DNA from: Fimbriosthenelais zetlandica
Taxonomy: Eukaryota
Assembly: GCA_977030845.1 (NCBI GenBank)
Contig: OZ365113.1
Coordinates: 39,370,001 to 39,434,000 of the forward strand
Direction: 5' to 3'
Length of the DNA stretch: 64,000 nt
Both the position numbers and the translations under genes were made by a program. The notes beneath the pieces were generated by a model. It searched no databases. It had not been told where the DNA came from and saw nothing but the letters and a program-made list of their open reading frames with translations. Of this stretch, positions 24,322 to 38,093 are shown one piece after another. Numbering within the stretch: the stretch's first letter is position 1; every line of letters starts with the position of its first letter.

Positions 24322-24361
24322 CTGTCAGTGGGAGCTGTCACATCTGTCAAATCAACTGTCA
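24322..24361 (-). promoter_or_regulatory. Homotypic cluster of four Meis/Hth/TGIF sites
   Basis: CTGTCA at 24322, 24335, 24344 and 24356. Confidence 0.55.
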
Positions 24362-27300
24362 CACTTGGCTTTAGCCCATATCATGACATCAATCTAAAAC
24401 GAGAGACTTTCAGTGAAGGGCAGTCGCCATGCAGGCTTCCGATGGGATAAGTCCCCATTGCTACCACCCCCTCAAAATCCGGGGGTCACTCACAACTGTC
24501 ACACATCACACTCAGTTCTAATACACTGTGGCAAATGATCGTTAATTGAGGTGATTTTAACTCATTTCAATCCCTATTTGGAGATATATGTGAAAGTTTT
24601 GATCGCAGCTATAGAATTTGTGGTCAAAATGTAACTCTAAATGCCATGACAAGTATCATAAATGACCAAAACCTAATCTTTATACTTTTCGGTTATGCAC
24701 CTTAAAATTATCTGTAAAGTGACAGTCTGCATTGTAGGAAGGATTTGTTAAAAAAAGGGATTTGTTATAAAATAAAGCAAAAAAAACAGTTGGAAGTAAA
24801 TCAGAAAATATATCAGACTGATAATTTACCTTCAGGTAGTCGCTTTCTCAGGACCTTATACTAGGGATGTAGCCGGAGAGCAAGTGATCATTACTCTATA
24901 GTCTCCTTTCTCTTATATGTTCACAATATGTACATTAAATGGATGTTGATCACGTCCACTTCATGTGGACATTGACATCACCTCACACACCTCATGTACA
25001 GGAGAGGACCTTTCTATGATAAAAGAAGGGTTTGATTTATATGAGAACGCCTTCTCAGTCCCGGATCCTGATAAGTTGGAGAAGGAAGCTCCATACACCA
25101 CATAATGCGCCAACCATTGACAGATAACCTCCCAAGTTTTACTTTATTCCTGGGCTGGAGATATTTTATTGCACCAAGTCATCTTGAGCACAGACACAGA
25201 TGATTTGCTGTCATTTGTTCAATGAACTTATGATAGCGACGCGTAGATAAGAGCCCTAGTGTGAACAATCATTCCAACTAACGCCCTAGGCTCGAATGAT
25301 ATCGATGCAAAGTCACAATATATCATGGCTTTTATCTAAGATATTGACAGCGGTTGTATTTCTTATTATTTAATATGACAAACCCACTTATTGTGCAGGG
25401 TATGTAAGGCAAAAACATAAGCAAGCTCACCAACGCCATATAAGATTCTAGGTGGCAAATAATGTTTCCAGACGACGCGGGATATTGAAGAAATGGATGC
25501 ATTGTTATGTGTGCAACCATTACTGGTATTTTCTATAATAGTCTGGTCAATACAATTTATTTCATTCCCAGAGAACACATATCAAGGTTTTTTATACCCA
25601 TGTATTGTCCATTCTAATTTGCTCGGAAGATCTATATGAACAATGCCATTATATATTTGAGGAAGTGGGGGCAATGGAATAAAACATCTCTATACATTTT
25701 ATCTTCGACTGCATTATCCAAATGTTGATCATTGAAGGTTGTTAAATTTCTTTTTTTCTTTATTATAGGCCGAGTGAGTAGCTCCTTGGTTTACGATTAT
25801 GGGAACCTATCGCAGTCCACATCAATAACACAGCAATAGTTGGCATTGATAACTTGAATGTTATCAAAGGGACACTAATTTACATGTGGGCTGTCAGGGA
25901 TGGGGCCAGTCCGTCCATCAGGAATGGAGGATGGAGTCAAAAATGATGGCTGTTCATTATAAGAATCGTTCCGCGCCGGCCACCAATGTCCTCCCCCAGT
26001 GATTGTACAATAACTTAGGTTCCCCCCATTAAAGTATCACATAAAAAACAGTCCAATCACACGCCGTGCTATGTTTTGTCATACACCAGCACACTGGATA
26101 GAACCAATTAATAGACATAAAACATCACAGTTGCCTGGGTTTTTTCTCTTTCTCGGTTCTCCCTCAGAGCCAACTCCCATGATGGACTCTCCAATACCCT
26201 ATGTCCGATCATTCGGAAGTGCCCAACATGTTAAAGTTGTAGTGAAATACCTCATAGGACAACAGTGACAATGTTTGTAGAAAAATACACATTCTACAGA
26301 CATCAGATTAAATCAAGTTAGAATATTTAATTTTCTGGGTCCCCTTTCATTTCACTCAGACAAAAGCTACTGGAACAAACAATAATTTTTCGTTTAATTC
26401 TGGTACATAGAGCAGAAAAATGAGTTTCTGTCTTCTACTTTTGACTGTATAGCAATAATCTGTTGCTACATCCATTCATGTGAATTTCGCCTTCAGATGG
26501 CTGATGTGTAAATCAGGTATAATCCCCCGACACAGGGATAATCCATTCTGCCATTGAGGAGTCATTGTATAAATGTATTTAAAGCATTAATCATGACCAA
26601 GCTTCAATTGAAAGGGCCTCTTTCTGTAAGGGATGGGGGTTGTGTCTCAACAGACATCCCCTCCTTTCTCTTTGTACTAAGGAATAAGAAAATAACAGCT
26701 ATTGCCTCTATTCCGAGCGGGATCTATGGAATAAATCAAATATCAGCCTGCATGTGGAATCAACAATGGCGAATCAGAACCATCACGGATGCAGCCTCAT
26801 TTGCTACAAAGTAGAATCAATGGGGTCTTAGTGGGAAAAAAGAGAACATTTCAATTTAGCACGCTCCATTCTCGAGTGTGATCTAACGGTGATGGGTACT
26901 GAGTTATAGCCATTTTGATAATGCCTATAAAACAGCCCCAGCCTAATCTGTATCTCCTCATCTCCAAAAGACAATCTAAAGGCTAGTAACTCAACGCACA
27001 ACTTCCCTGGGAATCTTTGTGATGTGGAAGAGTCCCCTCCTTAACCAAAAAAAATCTCCACAAGCTCATTTCTGACATGCTTGCAAGTCTCTGTTGCAAA
27101 CACGATACATTACAGTTGAGTAATAGCACAAAACATATCCTTACAAATGGCAAACTCCAAATGAACCTGCCAGCCAAATCAATCTAAGCTAGCTCAATGT
27201 CATCCCCATGCTAATTAGGTCGCCTTCCAAACAGCCAGAGCATCATAAGGCTGATGTATTGCGGAGGAAATAGGAAAATATTCCCTCATTTCTGATAAAT

Positions 27301-30300
27301 CATAACGGAAAATATGGAGTCATGTCAAATAAATCATGAAAAAGAGGAGTCATCACGGGCGAGTTATCATCTCATGGCAGTCAGCTTTTTCCACTGTGCA
27401 GCAGTGAATCAAGAAGTACCATATAAACATCTTGTTAAATAATTTCCCATTTTCCTCTAGACGGAAAACAATAAAGATCGTTTCTCATGCAAAACGGCGC
27501 TCTGGGAATGATAACGGCCATTGATCTTGAGCCACTGACTAATCTAAAAGACTTCAATGTTATAGTCGCTTGCCAGTCATCAACATAGTTTCTTTAGGGT
27601 GTCTTCATTTAGCGTTTGATGATCAGCAATGTCATTAAAGCGATCCTGTTGCTACTCGCGCTGGCTGGCATTTGCTAGTGGAAAGTGTCGGGGGCTCTTG
27701 TAATCACCCATGAAGCCATCATATGACAATTGCCTCCATTGGCTTCTCTCCGCCGCCTCCGCCTCCTCCTGGCTTCGCTTGGGACCCCCTTGTTCCTGGC
27801 TTGCTCCCTGCCCCCTCTGCGTATCATTACAACTTTTGATCATGGCCAATATTGATTAATAAAACGCCATCAGACGTCAGGCTGATGATAACAGATGTGT
27901 TAGGGCCCCGCGGGCTCGCAGGCGCAAGTTCAAACCAATCTCTCCCGACTTCCTTACTCCAAGCCGGCCTGCCATTGGCATCACAGACAGCGCCAAACGC
28001 CTTGAGGCGAGAGCTGCTGGAACTAAAAGGGCATCGCTGACAATCGACTTTGTGAGCGATCCCGGTGATTAGGTGGTTTTATTTAGGAATGGATTCCGCC
28101 TTTTCCACTGTTGGGTTATTGGCGTTGTTACCGATAGGCGGCGACTGGAAGGCTGCGTCGGAACGAGGCCTGCCCACAAGGTCACGTGGGAGATGCGAGA
28201 ATCCACGAGATGTCACAAGATTAAGCATCTTCGTTGACTGACACTGACCTCTGTGCTTCCTGCTACCTCTCTCAGAGATTGCACAATGGCATATCAGACC
28301 CATACAATGGCAAAGGCACAATAAACACCATCAGTCGATCGGGTCCAATGCAACCACAGCCTGACTTCTCTGACGTGTCACATGGCAGTTCAATTTCATG
28401 CGATTTTTCAGAGCGATCACTGTCGCTCCGGCCATCTGTGAAATAGAACATTACAAGGCAGGCCTGTGATAATTGATAGCTACACAGATGGAATGATGCC
28501 ATAAATCTGCGATGACTTTATCGTTATGACATTCCCCTCCATTCACCGGGCTTTCCTCCAGGACTTGATTCCCTAAAGTCTCGCCATTCGTTGTGACCAA
28601 TGCCAATTGCTGACCCTAAGATATAATCCATGCCCTATGTATAAACATAACACCAGCCATCCTTCATACATAATCTAATCAACATGCATATACCACTGAA
28701 AACTCACTTTATTTACTAAACACCCCCAGAGCCACCCTCCCTAGCCACTCATCAAATCGAGTTTCAGTGACAAATAATTCAAAAGGATCTGCTTGAGGCA
28801 GGATCTCAAAATTGACTATCAAACAATGTGGATACTGGTCGCTCCCCAGGAGTTCAAGGGGCCATCAATCACTGACTGCTCCCTGATCCCCTTGATGCTC
28901 CCCTTGCTGATTGCGAGCAGTTCGTGAGCAGTTCCTGCAAAGGCTCGTGATGGGCTGATGGCCGTGTCCATTGGACGGCCTCGGAGTTCTCCCTTTCCTA
29001 TTGCTCACTATAGGTCAACTGACTGGAGAAGGGCATATCAGTCTGGCCTGGCTCTGTCAATCTAGCCTCTCATTCTCTGTCAATCTCCCGTTACAGCTGA
29101 TATGACCTTGCCACTCCAGCAAGCCCTAAGCTCTCTCCCCTCCTGGAACCCCTCGCGGCAGTTTTCCTGATAATCTCCCAGAATTGATTCTTTTGCTGTG
29201 GCAAAATGAAATTACCTGCAAGCAGCACCGATGTGGGAATGGACTTGCCATTTCGAAGAGAGTTAATGATGAAATCGGGAGAAATAAAATGCATGAGGCC
29301 CACAGAGTAAAGGCTTAGAATTAATCAACCTCCACTTTTGATCTTTGTGCATGAGCATCTTTAATGGCTCTTCATTTTTTAGGGAAATCTTTTCATTGGC
29401 TTTAAAATCTGATTACACAATTTTCACAAAATGACACTTTCTTGTGCCTAATCGTGTGGAATGAATGTGCTCACATCTTTTGTCTTTATCATGGATGAAC
29501 ATAAGGGAGCAAATCAATATAAATCAATATAGAGAAATTCGACTGTTGCCCTATCATTGTAATAACCACATCCTTTGACAAATGGTCGTGCAATGACGTA
29601 GCGATGACATTTTCAGTAATTGTTGAGTGACGTGATCACTTAAGCGCGTGAGTCATCCATAAACTCTGACATGGTATAAGTCAGGGCAAGGTCCCTGGTT
29701 GTCCATAAGAGCCCTTTCTATCATCTAATTGCTGGGTGAAGAGCGGGTGAAATGGCAGGCCATTTGCTTATACATGGCCATATGTGCACCAATGGCGCGC
29801 CCACAATGGAGGGGATACATCAGAGGGTGTACCTGCCCGATCCATCTTTATTTACCCCTCACTGTCACTCTTGTTTATCGCCTACACCTGCCGGCAGAGC
29901 ACTGCCGACCAACACACACAAATCTAATTCCACCACCAGCCTCCTCATGCCCCAAAGTTCCCCCAGTCATGTTGACATTTTCCATCGCTTTGTCTTCCGG
30001 CAGCGCTGCGGTGCTCTAACTCATGGCGGCCATCCTCCCCTCACCTGCCGACATACTTATACAATCATCCCCCGGGAAATCCACAACTGACGTTCACATC
30101 ATTAGGCATGGCCAGATTGGAGTTTATTTTCATCGGGATTGGCAGAGACGAGTCAATAGTAAGGTCGCTTGCCCGTTTAGAAAGGCAATGCAATTATACC
30201 GCACACATTTCAAAGTACTTCTGATTTCTCGTAAACCACTGAAAAGGCGCACACTTTTCAATGCATTAAATCGCCCCTTTTTAAACCTTGTTAGGTCGGA

Positions 30301-31596
30301 TGTGTACATAAATGCTGCCTTTCCTTGGAATTGAGAGAGGAAATGAGCAGGGCCATTTCGAATACTCTTTAAGTATCAGGAAAACAAGTTTCTTGAAATC
30401 TCAATCAATATATTGGATACCAAGCGCAAGTACATCATCCTAAGAAAAAAAAGCGACTCGTCTCGAGGAAAAGAATCAAGACTCATGGAGTGAAATAAAA
30501 TTAGATCTTGAATGAATCTATTTCCTGTGGATGCATCTCCATGTCTCGAGCCAGTAATCTATGAAAGATCGCAAGAACTTTCATGTTTATGATCCCATCA
30601 AGGGAAAAGAGTCTCCGCGCCGCTACTCCCCCCTTCATTTTCTGTAACCAGAATCTTCTTGTTGGTGGGAGGATTGCAATTAGTGGAGAAATATTGATCT
30701 AGAGAAATTAAATGCCATTGGTTTCAAGGTGGCAATTGGAAGAAGGTGGAATCGGATTGGAAAAGGCGTGGCCAGGTTGCAGGCAGGGGGCATTGAGGAG
30801 CAATTGGTACGTCCTTTAACTGGGTTGCATCAATGTTCATATTGGTGATAGGCAGAGAGCTCTATAGGGCGCCACTAGATGGAAGCCTATCAATCAGCTT
30901 ATCCCTCCTACTCGGCTAGCCCCGCCTCCAATTAAAGGAAAACTCCAAAAACTGATCCCCTAGAGCTCGTAAATAGTTCCCCACAACGTCTCCTCAAACT
31001 TCAATCTGAATTGCTTGCATACTAGTCTCTTTAATCAAATGGTCCATTAAAGTTATTTTTGCAGGCATTAAGCGATTGTAATATGGAGTAGAAGATAGTA
31101 GAGCCATCTTTTATTTTAATGTTTGATCACAGTAGAATACAAATGGTCTAATTAACAATGGAGACGAACCACAGCAAGCAGTGAGCTGGCGGAGTATATT
31201 TTCTTAGCTCTGGGTATGTCTCAATAGCAAGCTGCTTCTGGCTCCAAAGTGTGACATCATCTCCATTTCAAATGAGCGTGTGTCTCCCCTTAGCTGATCA
31301 CTTACCTGCAGGTATCTCTATGTATATAGTCTCTCCTAACAAAGACTCTTAACACAGGCTCTTTACAATGCCTTTCCTGCTGTTTCAGCAGGAAGAGGAG
31401 GCACGGGGAGGAGCGATGGTTATCTATAGCCGATTCTATAAACTACACTCTACGTCACTTTGCATTAAGTGAACAATTCTGTGCTCTCAGTATGAGAAGC
31501 CTTCCATGTGCCACAGCAAGCACAGGTTGGCATAGAGTATACCCACAACAAGAGGTCTCTTTTAAGCTCCAATGTGGCCTTGCCTGTAGAACCATA

Positions 31597-31611
31597 CCCC
31601 CCCCCCCCCCC
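31597..31611 (+). repeat. Poly-C (15 nt)
   Basis: Direct reading. Confidence 0.9.
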
Positions 31612-32238
31612 ATACCCGACCCACCCATTCTTCTACACATCCCCCGACCATTTTTATCCCCCCAGAGTGCATTTTTCTTGCCAATACATCTCCTCTGAGA
31701 GCCGCATCTGTCACAGACCGTGATAAGACCGTGAATGACACTCGGGGTAATTTCGGTAAGTACAATCGCAGTCAGTGTCAACCATAGTCATCAGAGCCAT
31801 ACTTACTACTTAGCCCCAACCCGTAGCAACTCGACAGATGCCTGTCCATCTTATTTTGCCATTTCCTGTAATGGCGAGTCAGGAATGCCTCTCGTGCTCT
31901 CTGCTCTCCATCTCTCCTGGCATATCCTTCAAAATCGTTAATCTTTTCAGGCGGATGTAAATCTGCATTCTTCGCCCCTGCCGCCAGAACTCGGCCCCGG
32001 AGTGGGCGTGTGTTTTATCTACATACACATAGAGCTAACATCAACCAGGATGGAAGTTTTTATTTCTTCCCCCACCCACAGCATCCCCCCTTTTACCCCT
32101 GCCACGGGGTTGCCATTGATGATATCCCTATCCACCAACAGATATGGAATCTATTTATGTCTCATAAGGCCCTCCTGTAAGGTCAATTACAGTTGATGAT
32201 AAATATTCATCGTTTCAAAGCACACCGCTCCACCAGTA

Positions 32239-32250
32239 CCCCCCCCCCCC
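32239..32250 (+). repeat. Poly-C (12 nt)
   Basis: Direct reading. Confidence 0.9.
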
Positions 32251-33869
32251 GGCCAATAGACCCCCCTCCCCATTCCCCAGATAACAACCTCACCCCACAG
32301 CCCTTGAAACGTAAGTAGTAGAGTGAAACGGGCTGACTTGATGCCTTCTGACAGACAGAAAATTCAGAAGTATCCGCTATGTTCATTGTGACATATGGTG
32401 AGTTGTCAGTGCAATGACATCAGGGCCGGAATGACATCCAAGGGACTACTAGACCATGGCATCTTTATGGCTTACATATTTCACTTTCAGTAATTGCATG
32501 ATATAATACTGCGTTACCCCTGTGCAACTTGGGAAGAAAAACCTAACCCATAAATACCTATTTATGTGGCATTCTTTTCCATTCAAATTATATATATTTA
32601 TACTGGGACTAAAGTCCACGATATTGCCTCCCTATATTCTTTCTTGAATGTAAACTATGAAAAATCTTATTTATTCCAGACTACTATCATTTTACAATAA
32701 GAACGACCTATAACTCTTCTGGGAGAGGAAGTATGTCCTAGGCATTGTGGCTATTGATTTTACATATTCACGTTTCAGGAATCCATTTTTTTAAAGGAAG
32801 GGGATTTGGTAATTCACATCACCATCATTACAGGTGAAGAAGCTGCACTGCAATTACACCTTCTTAAAGGATTGCCCCATAAATGTTCATCTGAAGAACT
32901 CATCCCCGAAAATTTATGTTTTGCTTGAGTAAATAAGGCCAGGTAAAGGGCAGTCAGATAATAAACAAAGCTTATTCCCGTGTCTCAACTCCGCCTGGGG
33001 AAAAAGGTGACCTAAGAACCTTGGCTTTCTCCACATACATCGTCGTAGACACAGCGACAGAGGCCGAGACATTCTTAATCAGTTGGTCACTTCAAAGCCA
33101 CTGGCGGGATTTATGTGTCCAACGATGAGGTGAATATGTCAGCGAGTAGTATTTTGGGGTGAAAGTGAAGAAAGATTGTAAGGGACCAGTTAGAAAGCAC
33201 TGCAGGGAAATAAACCAACATATATACACACATGCAGAGTGGCCCCCTAGAGGGATGTGTAAGTCATTCATCACCACTCAGTCACTATGACAACAGCTCG
33301 TGTTTATCTATTGTTACAAGGGGGTGTGACTTATTGGGTGAAATGGAAAGACGGAGTTTTGTCTCAACAAGGAATTTGACTTTTGTTAGGAATCTCTGCA
33401 TGAGGGCTCCGGCTCTATGATATGTACATGTATGACAATAATGTACGTGAGGGAAAGTCCCATCAGATTAAATCACGTCTTTATAAAACCCATACACGGG
33501 TGAAATTCAAATCAAGACGCCACCTTCCTTCTACATTCTAGTAACGGTATGGTGCGCCTATTTTTGTATCGGTATGTACATTAACTAAGTTAGTAATATT
33601 ACCCCAGGGTAATGTTAGTAGATTTTAGGGATATAATAGTCCTCAACATCTGATTCTTTGCCTCCTTCTTCTCCACCATGTACCTCCATTACCATCTAAC
33701 CATCCAGCAAAGCCACAGATGCTTCCTTGCCAGGCCCCTGTCAAACAATGACATTTAATATTGAAGCGTCGCCCTGGCTTAATCCAGGCTCAGCATCTTA
33801 TGTCTGTCTGTGTGTCTCTGTGATGGGCCACCTCACGCCGTCTGTCCCGCTTGGTGGCGCTGTGACAGT

Positions 33870-33902
33870 TAGTTGCTGTCAGCGACCAGATCATCGGCGC
33901 TA
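33870..33902 (+). repeat. 33-bp dispersed direct repeat, copy 1
   Basis: tagttgctgtcagcgaccagatcatcggcgcta; 29/33 identical to 34125-34157. Confidence 0.9.
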
Positions 33903-34124
33903 TAGACGAGGACGGTGCACGGTAAAACCCAGCGGCAATTGGCAGGGAAAGGTAAATTAAGGACCATTGATTATTGACTTGATGAAAAACCTATTGCTAC
34001 ACAAATATAGTCTTTCTATAAAAGTCCTCTTGGGATTTAAGGTATTTACCCCGGTGGATGGACAAGGAATATAATTCAAGATATGATTGGGTGTATGGAG
34101 TGCATAGTGGTCTGATAAGGACTG

Positions 34125-34157
34125 TAGTTGCTGTCAGTGGCTGGATCATCGGCGCTA
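34125..34157 (+). repeat. 33-bp dispersed direct repeat, copy 2
   Basis: tagttgctgtcagtggctggatcatcggcgcta. Confidence 0.9.
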
Positions 34158-37100
34158 ATCACGTGGGTCTGCTAGCAGCAGCAGCCCCACAACTGACTCG
34201 TCCTCGCATCTCACCAAATCGCTGGGATCAAGTATAGAGTAAAAGCCATCCCCTTCCCTCCCCATACTCTTCCATATCCAGCCCTATTTACTCCTAACCA
34301 TTGGTGATCAACGTGAAAAATACTTGTGAATGAATGGGGAAGCCCTCACAAATACATGCAATTTCTGATCCTCGTCTTCCGAGTATTTATTCAGAACAAT
34401 GAAATTAAAGAAATAATGCAAAGCACTGGCATGAAAGAATGAAGGATGGCAAGGGCCCAGTGTTCTTCTTAATTGATTGTACCAGTCATCAGCTCCCATA
34501 GGCTTTAGGGCATTGTTTAAATCATTTCAACTGACAAGAGCTCGACCCATCCCGTCTTTTGTTTTGAACATTTTTTGGTTAACATTCCAAAAATTAGAAC
34601 CAAAAAATATTCATTATGAGCCTTTCATAAAGCTTTGAAACAAAGGTCCTTCTACTAGTAAAGGAATCTCAACTTTTTGGGGAGAATTTTAAAAGTTGGT
34701 TATGGATACTTCATGATTAAGGGTTTTTAAATCATCTCAGGCCGAATGTTGCTATCACACTATTCACCTGCACAATATTCACTAACTTATGTGTTGGTAA
34801 TAAATCATCCTTTGATTCAATATAAAACACAATGGGCATCGGAAACCCGATGATCTCATGATGGTTCTCCTAAACTACAACCTGTCAATCGTAGATCAAG
34901 TGTACCTGTAACGAATCACAAATATCTCCAGTTAGCGAGAGATGAAGAGAGAAAAAATTAAATCTACTCGCATCGACCGAATGTTAAATGAGATCTGGCT
35001 GCCATGGTGATTCATAAGGTAAGGTGTTCAACACTGGCGCCTCGGTGAAGGAAGGGGGGTGGAAGCAGAAGAAGGGTGGCAAAACAGCAATGGAAAACTA
35101 TCCTATCCCTATTGAAATCTTGCTAGCTTTGACTCCTTTATCAAAGCCGATACCAATATTATGAGTTATCAGTAGAACCATTGATTGTTCGAAGAACGTC
35201 CGACAGCACGAAAATAAAAGATGGATTGGCAAATCACAAGATGCGTCTACTCTTCAAGCCATTTAAGTTTCATTGCTTTTGCAGCAGCGACTCTCAGTGA
35301 CAATCTTGGTGAGACGGCCTTATACCATCCATCTTCATCTATTACGATAGAACAACCCAAAGATTAAGGACTTTATGACAGTAACAACACAGTATATGAT
35401 AGCGATTACTGACTCGGCGTTTAAGGCACTGTGTGCTGAATAAATCAGCACTTAATGAACTTGAGGTATAGTAATTCCGGGTCTGTGTATGTGGAGGTAC
35501 GGACGTACATGTAATGTGCGTTTAGGAAATTTTGGTTGGATGATATACAAGTATACGTGAGGTTATGTTGTTAGATCGTATATAATAACAATTTATCACA
35601 TCTGCTCCTACATATCCTGTCACACTCAAGAGTCATACATCACTAAGACTAGTATGTTATATTGCACACATATATTTTGTATATGGATGGTATGGTATAT
35701 TCTATATTATAATAAAATTATAAGGCAGGGGGTTGATATGATGATATAGGGGCCAGACAGCGCCAGGCGTGGTTACAAACTTCCCCCACCTCTCAGAAAG
35801 GGGCAAAATTTCTAAATGATTTAAACCGTAACAGTTTGTGATCGTTCAGGTCAGTGGTGATTTATGGGCTCAACTGTCTGCTCAAATGATCTACACGTCA
35901 CAAATCTCCTCTGACATCTGGAGCTGACTTCAAAAAAAGGGCGGGAGGAAGAGGAGGCGGAGGGCTGAGAGGTGAGCTCAAAGCTTGAGTCAGACACCCC
36001 CCAAAATATCCCTCTCTTTCTCCTTCTCATTCTCTTCTCCTTCCTCTCCGCGTCAGCCATGTGCCCTGACGTGACGTGATGCATGAGGAGAGATGATTGG
36101 GAAAAGATCTCATTCTTTATGTCATGCGGCGGCCTCCATCTTTCTCTCTCCCTACCTGGTAAAGGTTACACAGGTATTGAGGGTAATACAGCCTCCTGCT
36201 CTCTTATAGTCTTGCTTCAGGAAGTTGGCACTGGCCGGCGGCATCTGTTCGTAGTTTAGGGTTCAAATTCTTAAAAGACATCATGAATAAAACAGATCAT
36301 CATGACTGCCCTTAAATTTACCCTGCAATTCTTTTCAACATGTTTTCAGGATGCAGCAGTGGTACATTAGACACTCCATCATGCACGCCTACCCTATGAC
36401 ATGCACACACAGTGAAAGCCACAGCTCAAGCCACTCCAGGGTGTCACTGACCATGGAGGAGGAGGAGTTGCCTATAGGCTATACTCCCCAGTGGCTTAGC
36501 TGTCAAGCCTGGAGGTAAGCTAGCTAACGATGAAATACAATCAGGCGAAGGATTTCAATCATCCCATGTCATTTCAAAGCGACAGGCCTCTATTCATCAA
36601 GACTCAGGACCTAACACTCAGACGCCTGAATTGACCCACGGATGTTGGGAGAAGGGGAAAAGATCCACTTTTTGTATTTTCAAAAGGGGTTTGTGTACTG
36701 GTATAGTCACTCGGCTCTGTTGGCGAGTTAATCGTGGATCGATTTTCAATATGTCTGCATCTGCCCCTACCCCCTCCCCACCCAGCCCATTTAGGTAGGC
36801 TAAGAGGGTGGAGGAGAGGGAGCATGGTTATGATTATGGAGCATAGATAAAGGTGATCACTTCCATGTGGGACAAACTTACATCTGTTTGGTGACCTTCG
36901 AGGCTGGGTGATGGATCGCCTACAACAGTTCATCTTGCCTTACAGAGCGGGGAGCCTATCGGAAGAACAGACACAATAAAACATGTCACGGCTACTAAGA
37001 AATAGTCCTTTGCCCTACACAAACCCAACATCCGCCCCTCCTCCTGCCATATCCTCTCCCCATAGGGGATGTGCCTAAGTTCATTTAAATGTCAGGTCTG

Positions 37101-38081
37101 AAGAAAGCCAATCAGATAATGTAGAGATCTTCTGAACAGAAAAAAAATATCTGATTTCAGTATATAAATGAGATCTCCACAAGATGCTACGTGGGAAATT
37201 ATAAACAATGGCAAGTAAATGGAATGTAAATGATGCTTTCTTATTTTTGGCAGCCCACCTACAGCCAAGACAGCGATTCTCGTGCCAATGGTGTGTCATG
37301 ATATAGAAATAGCATGGAGGTTTAATTATATCAACACTTTAAACAGTTTCCCCGCATCTTCGCCATGTGCCTCGTGCACTTTTAAAATTCTATGAGGAAT
37401 TATAGGCATCCTGATGGTTATCTCCAACCACAGACAAAACCAAACATTTCTCACTGGCGTCGATATAAAACAAGCCTTACCGCCTAGTGAAAAAAGTATA
37501 TAAGTTATGACTCCTTCAAATGATTTACCAACCCATAAAATACCATTACCGCCCAGTTCAGCCAGATTATACTTAATTACGTTGGAGGGAACCCTTTGCA
37601 TGTTTCCTTTCAAGTGGGAATATCTATTATGCGAGGAAAGGAGGGGGAGGCAAAAAGGCAAGAGGTAATGTGGGGGTATTTGGTGGACGCCTCACAGTGT
37701 GTACATCACCTGAGCCCCTTAGATCTATCATCACAGTGATCCATTCAGTATGTGGTGAGTAACCCAAGGCAGGAAAGCTGTACAAGACTATTCCTCCAAT
37801 CAGTGTATAGACCCCCTCTATATAAATCCCCTTTTATACCCGTAGGCCTTTGCCATCGGACGAGAGGCACATGGACATTTTTCCATCGTATGGCTAATTA
37901 ATCTTGTTGAAATTGGTACCCTTTGGCCTCCCTCAAAGGTACCCTTTATCACACAAACTCGCTTTCCTTCATATTAAAGTAGGGTTATTTTAAGTCAATA
38001 ATAATTTTGTGGAATTTCGATCCAATTGCTTACATTGCATTATGCTTCCCACGTCTGCATGAAAATATAATGCCTTCTATA

Positions 38082-38093
38082 CCCCCCCCCCCC
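38082..38093 (+). repeat. Poly-C (12 nt)
   Basis: Direct reading. Confidence 0.9.

Noticed and set aside
27652-27849. 65-aa minus-strand ORF in the GC island
   Set aside because: No similarity to known families; explained by GC content.
27972-27994. RE1/REST-like 21-mer (about 16/21)
   Set aside because: The left half is poor, and REST is essentially a chordate factor while this gene looks non-chordate.
35851-36084. MRRRKRGIFWG as a possible tsh exon 1
   Set aside because: Arises from a pyrimidine tract; lacks the P and KQ of MPRRKQ, and I saw no good donor right after it.
37220-37230. TGGAATGTAAA, the first 11 nt of miR-1
   Set aside because: Diverges from mature miR-1 after 11 nt and shows no hairpin; chance match.
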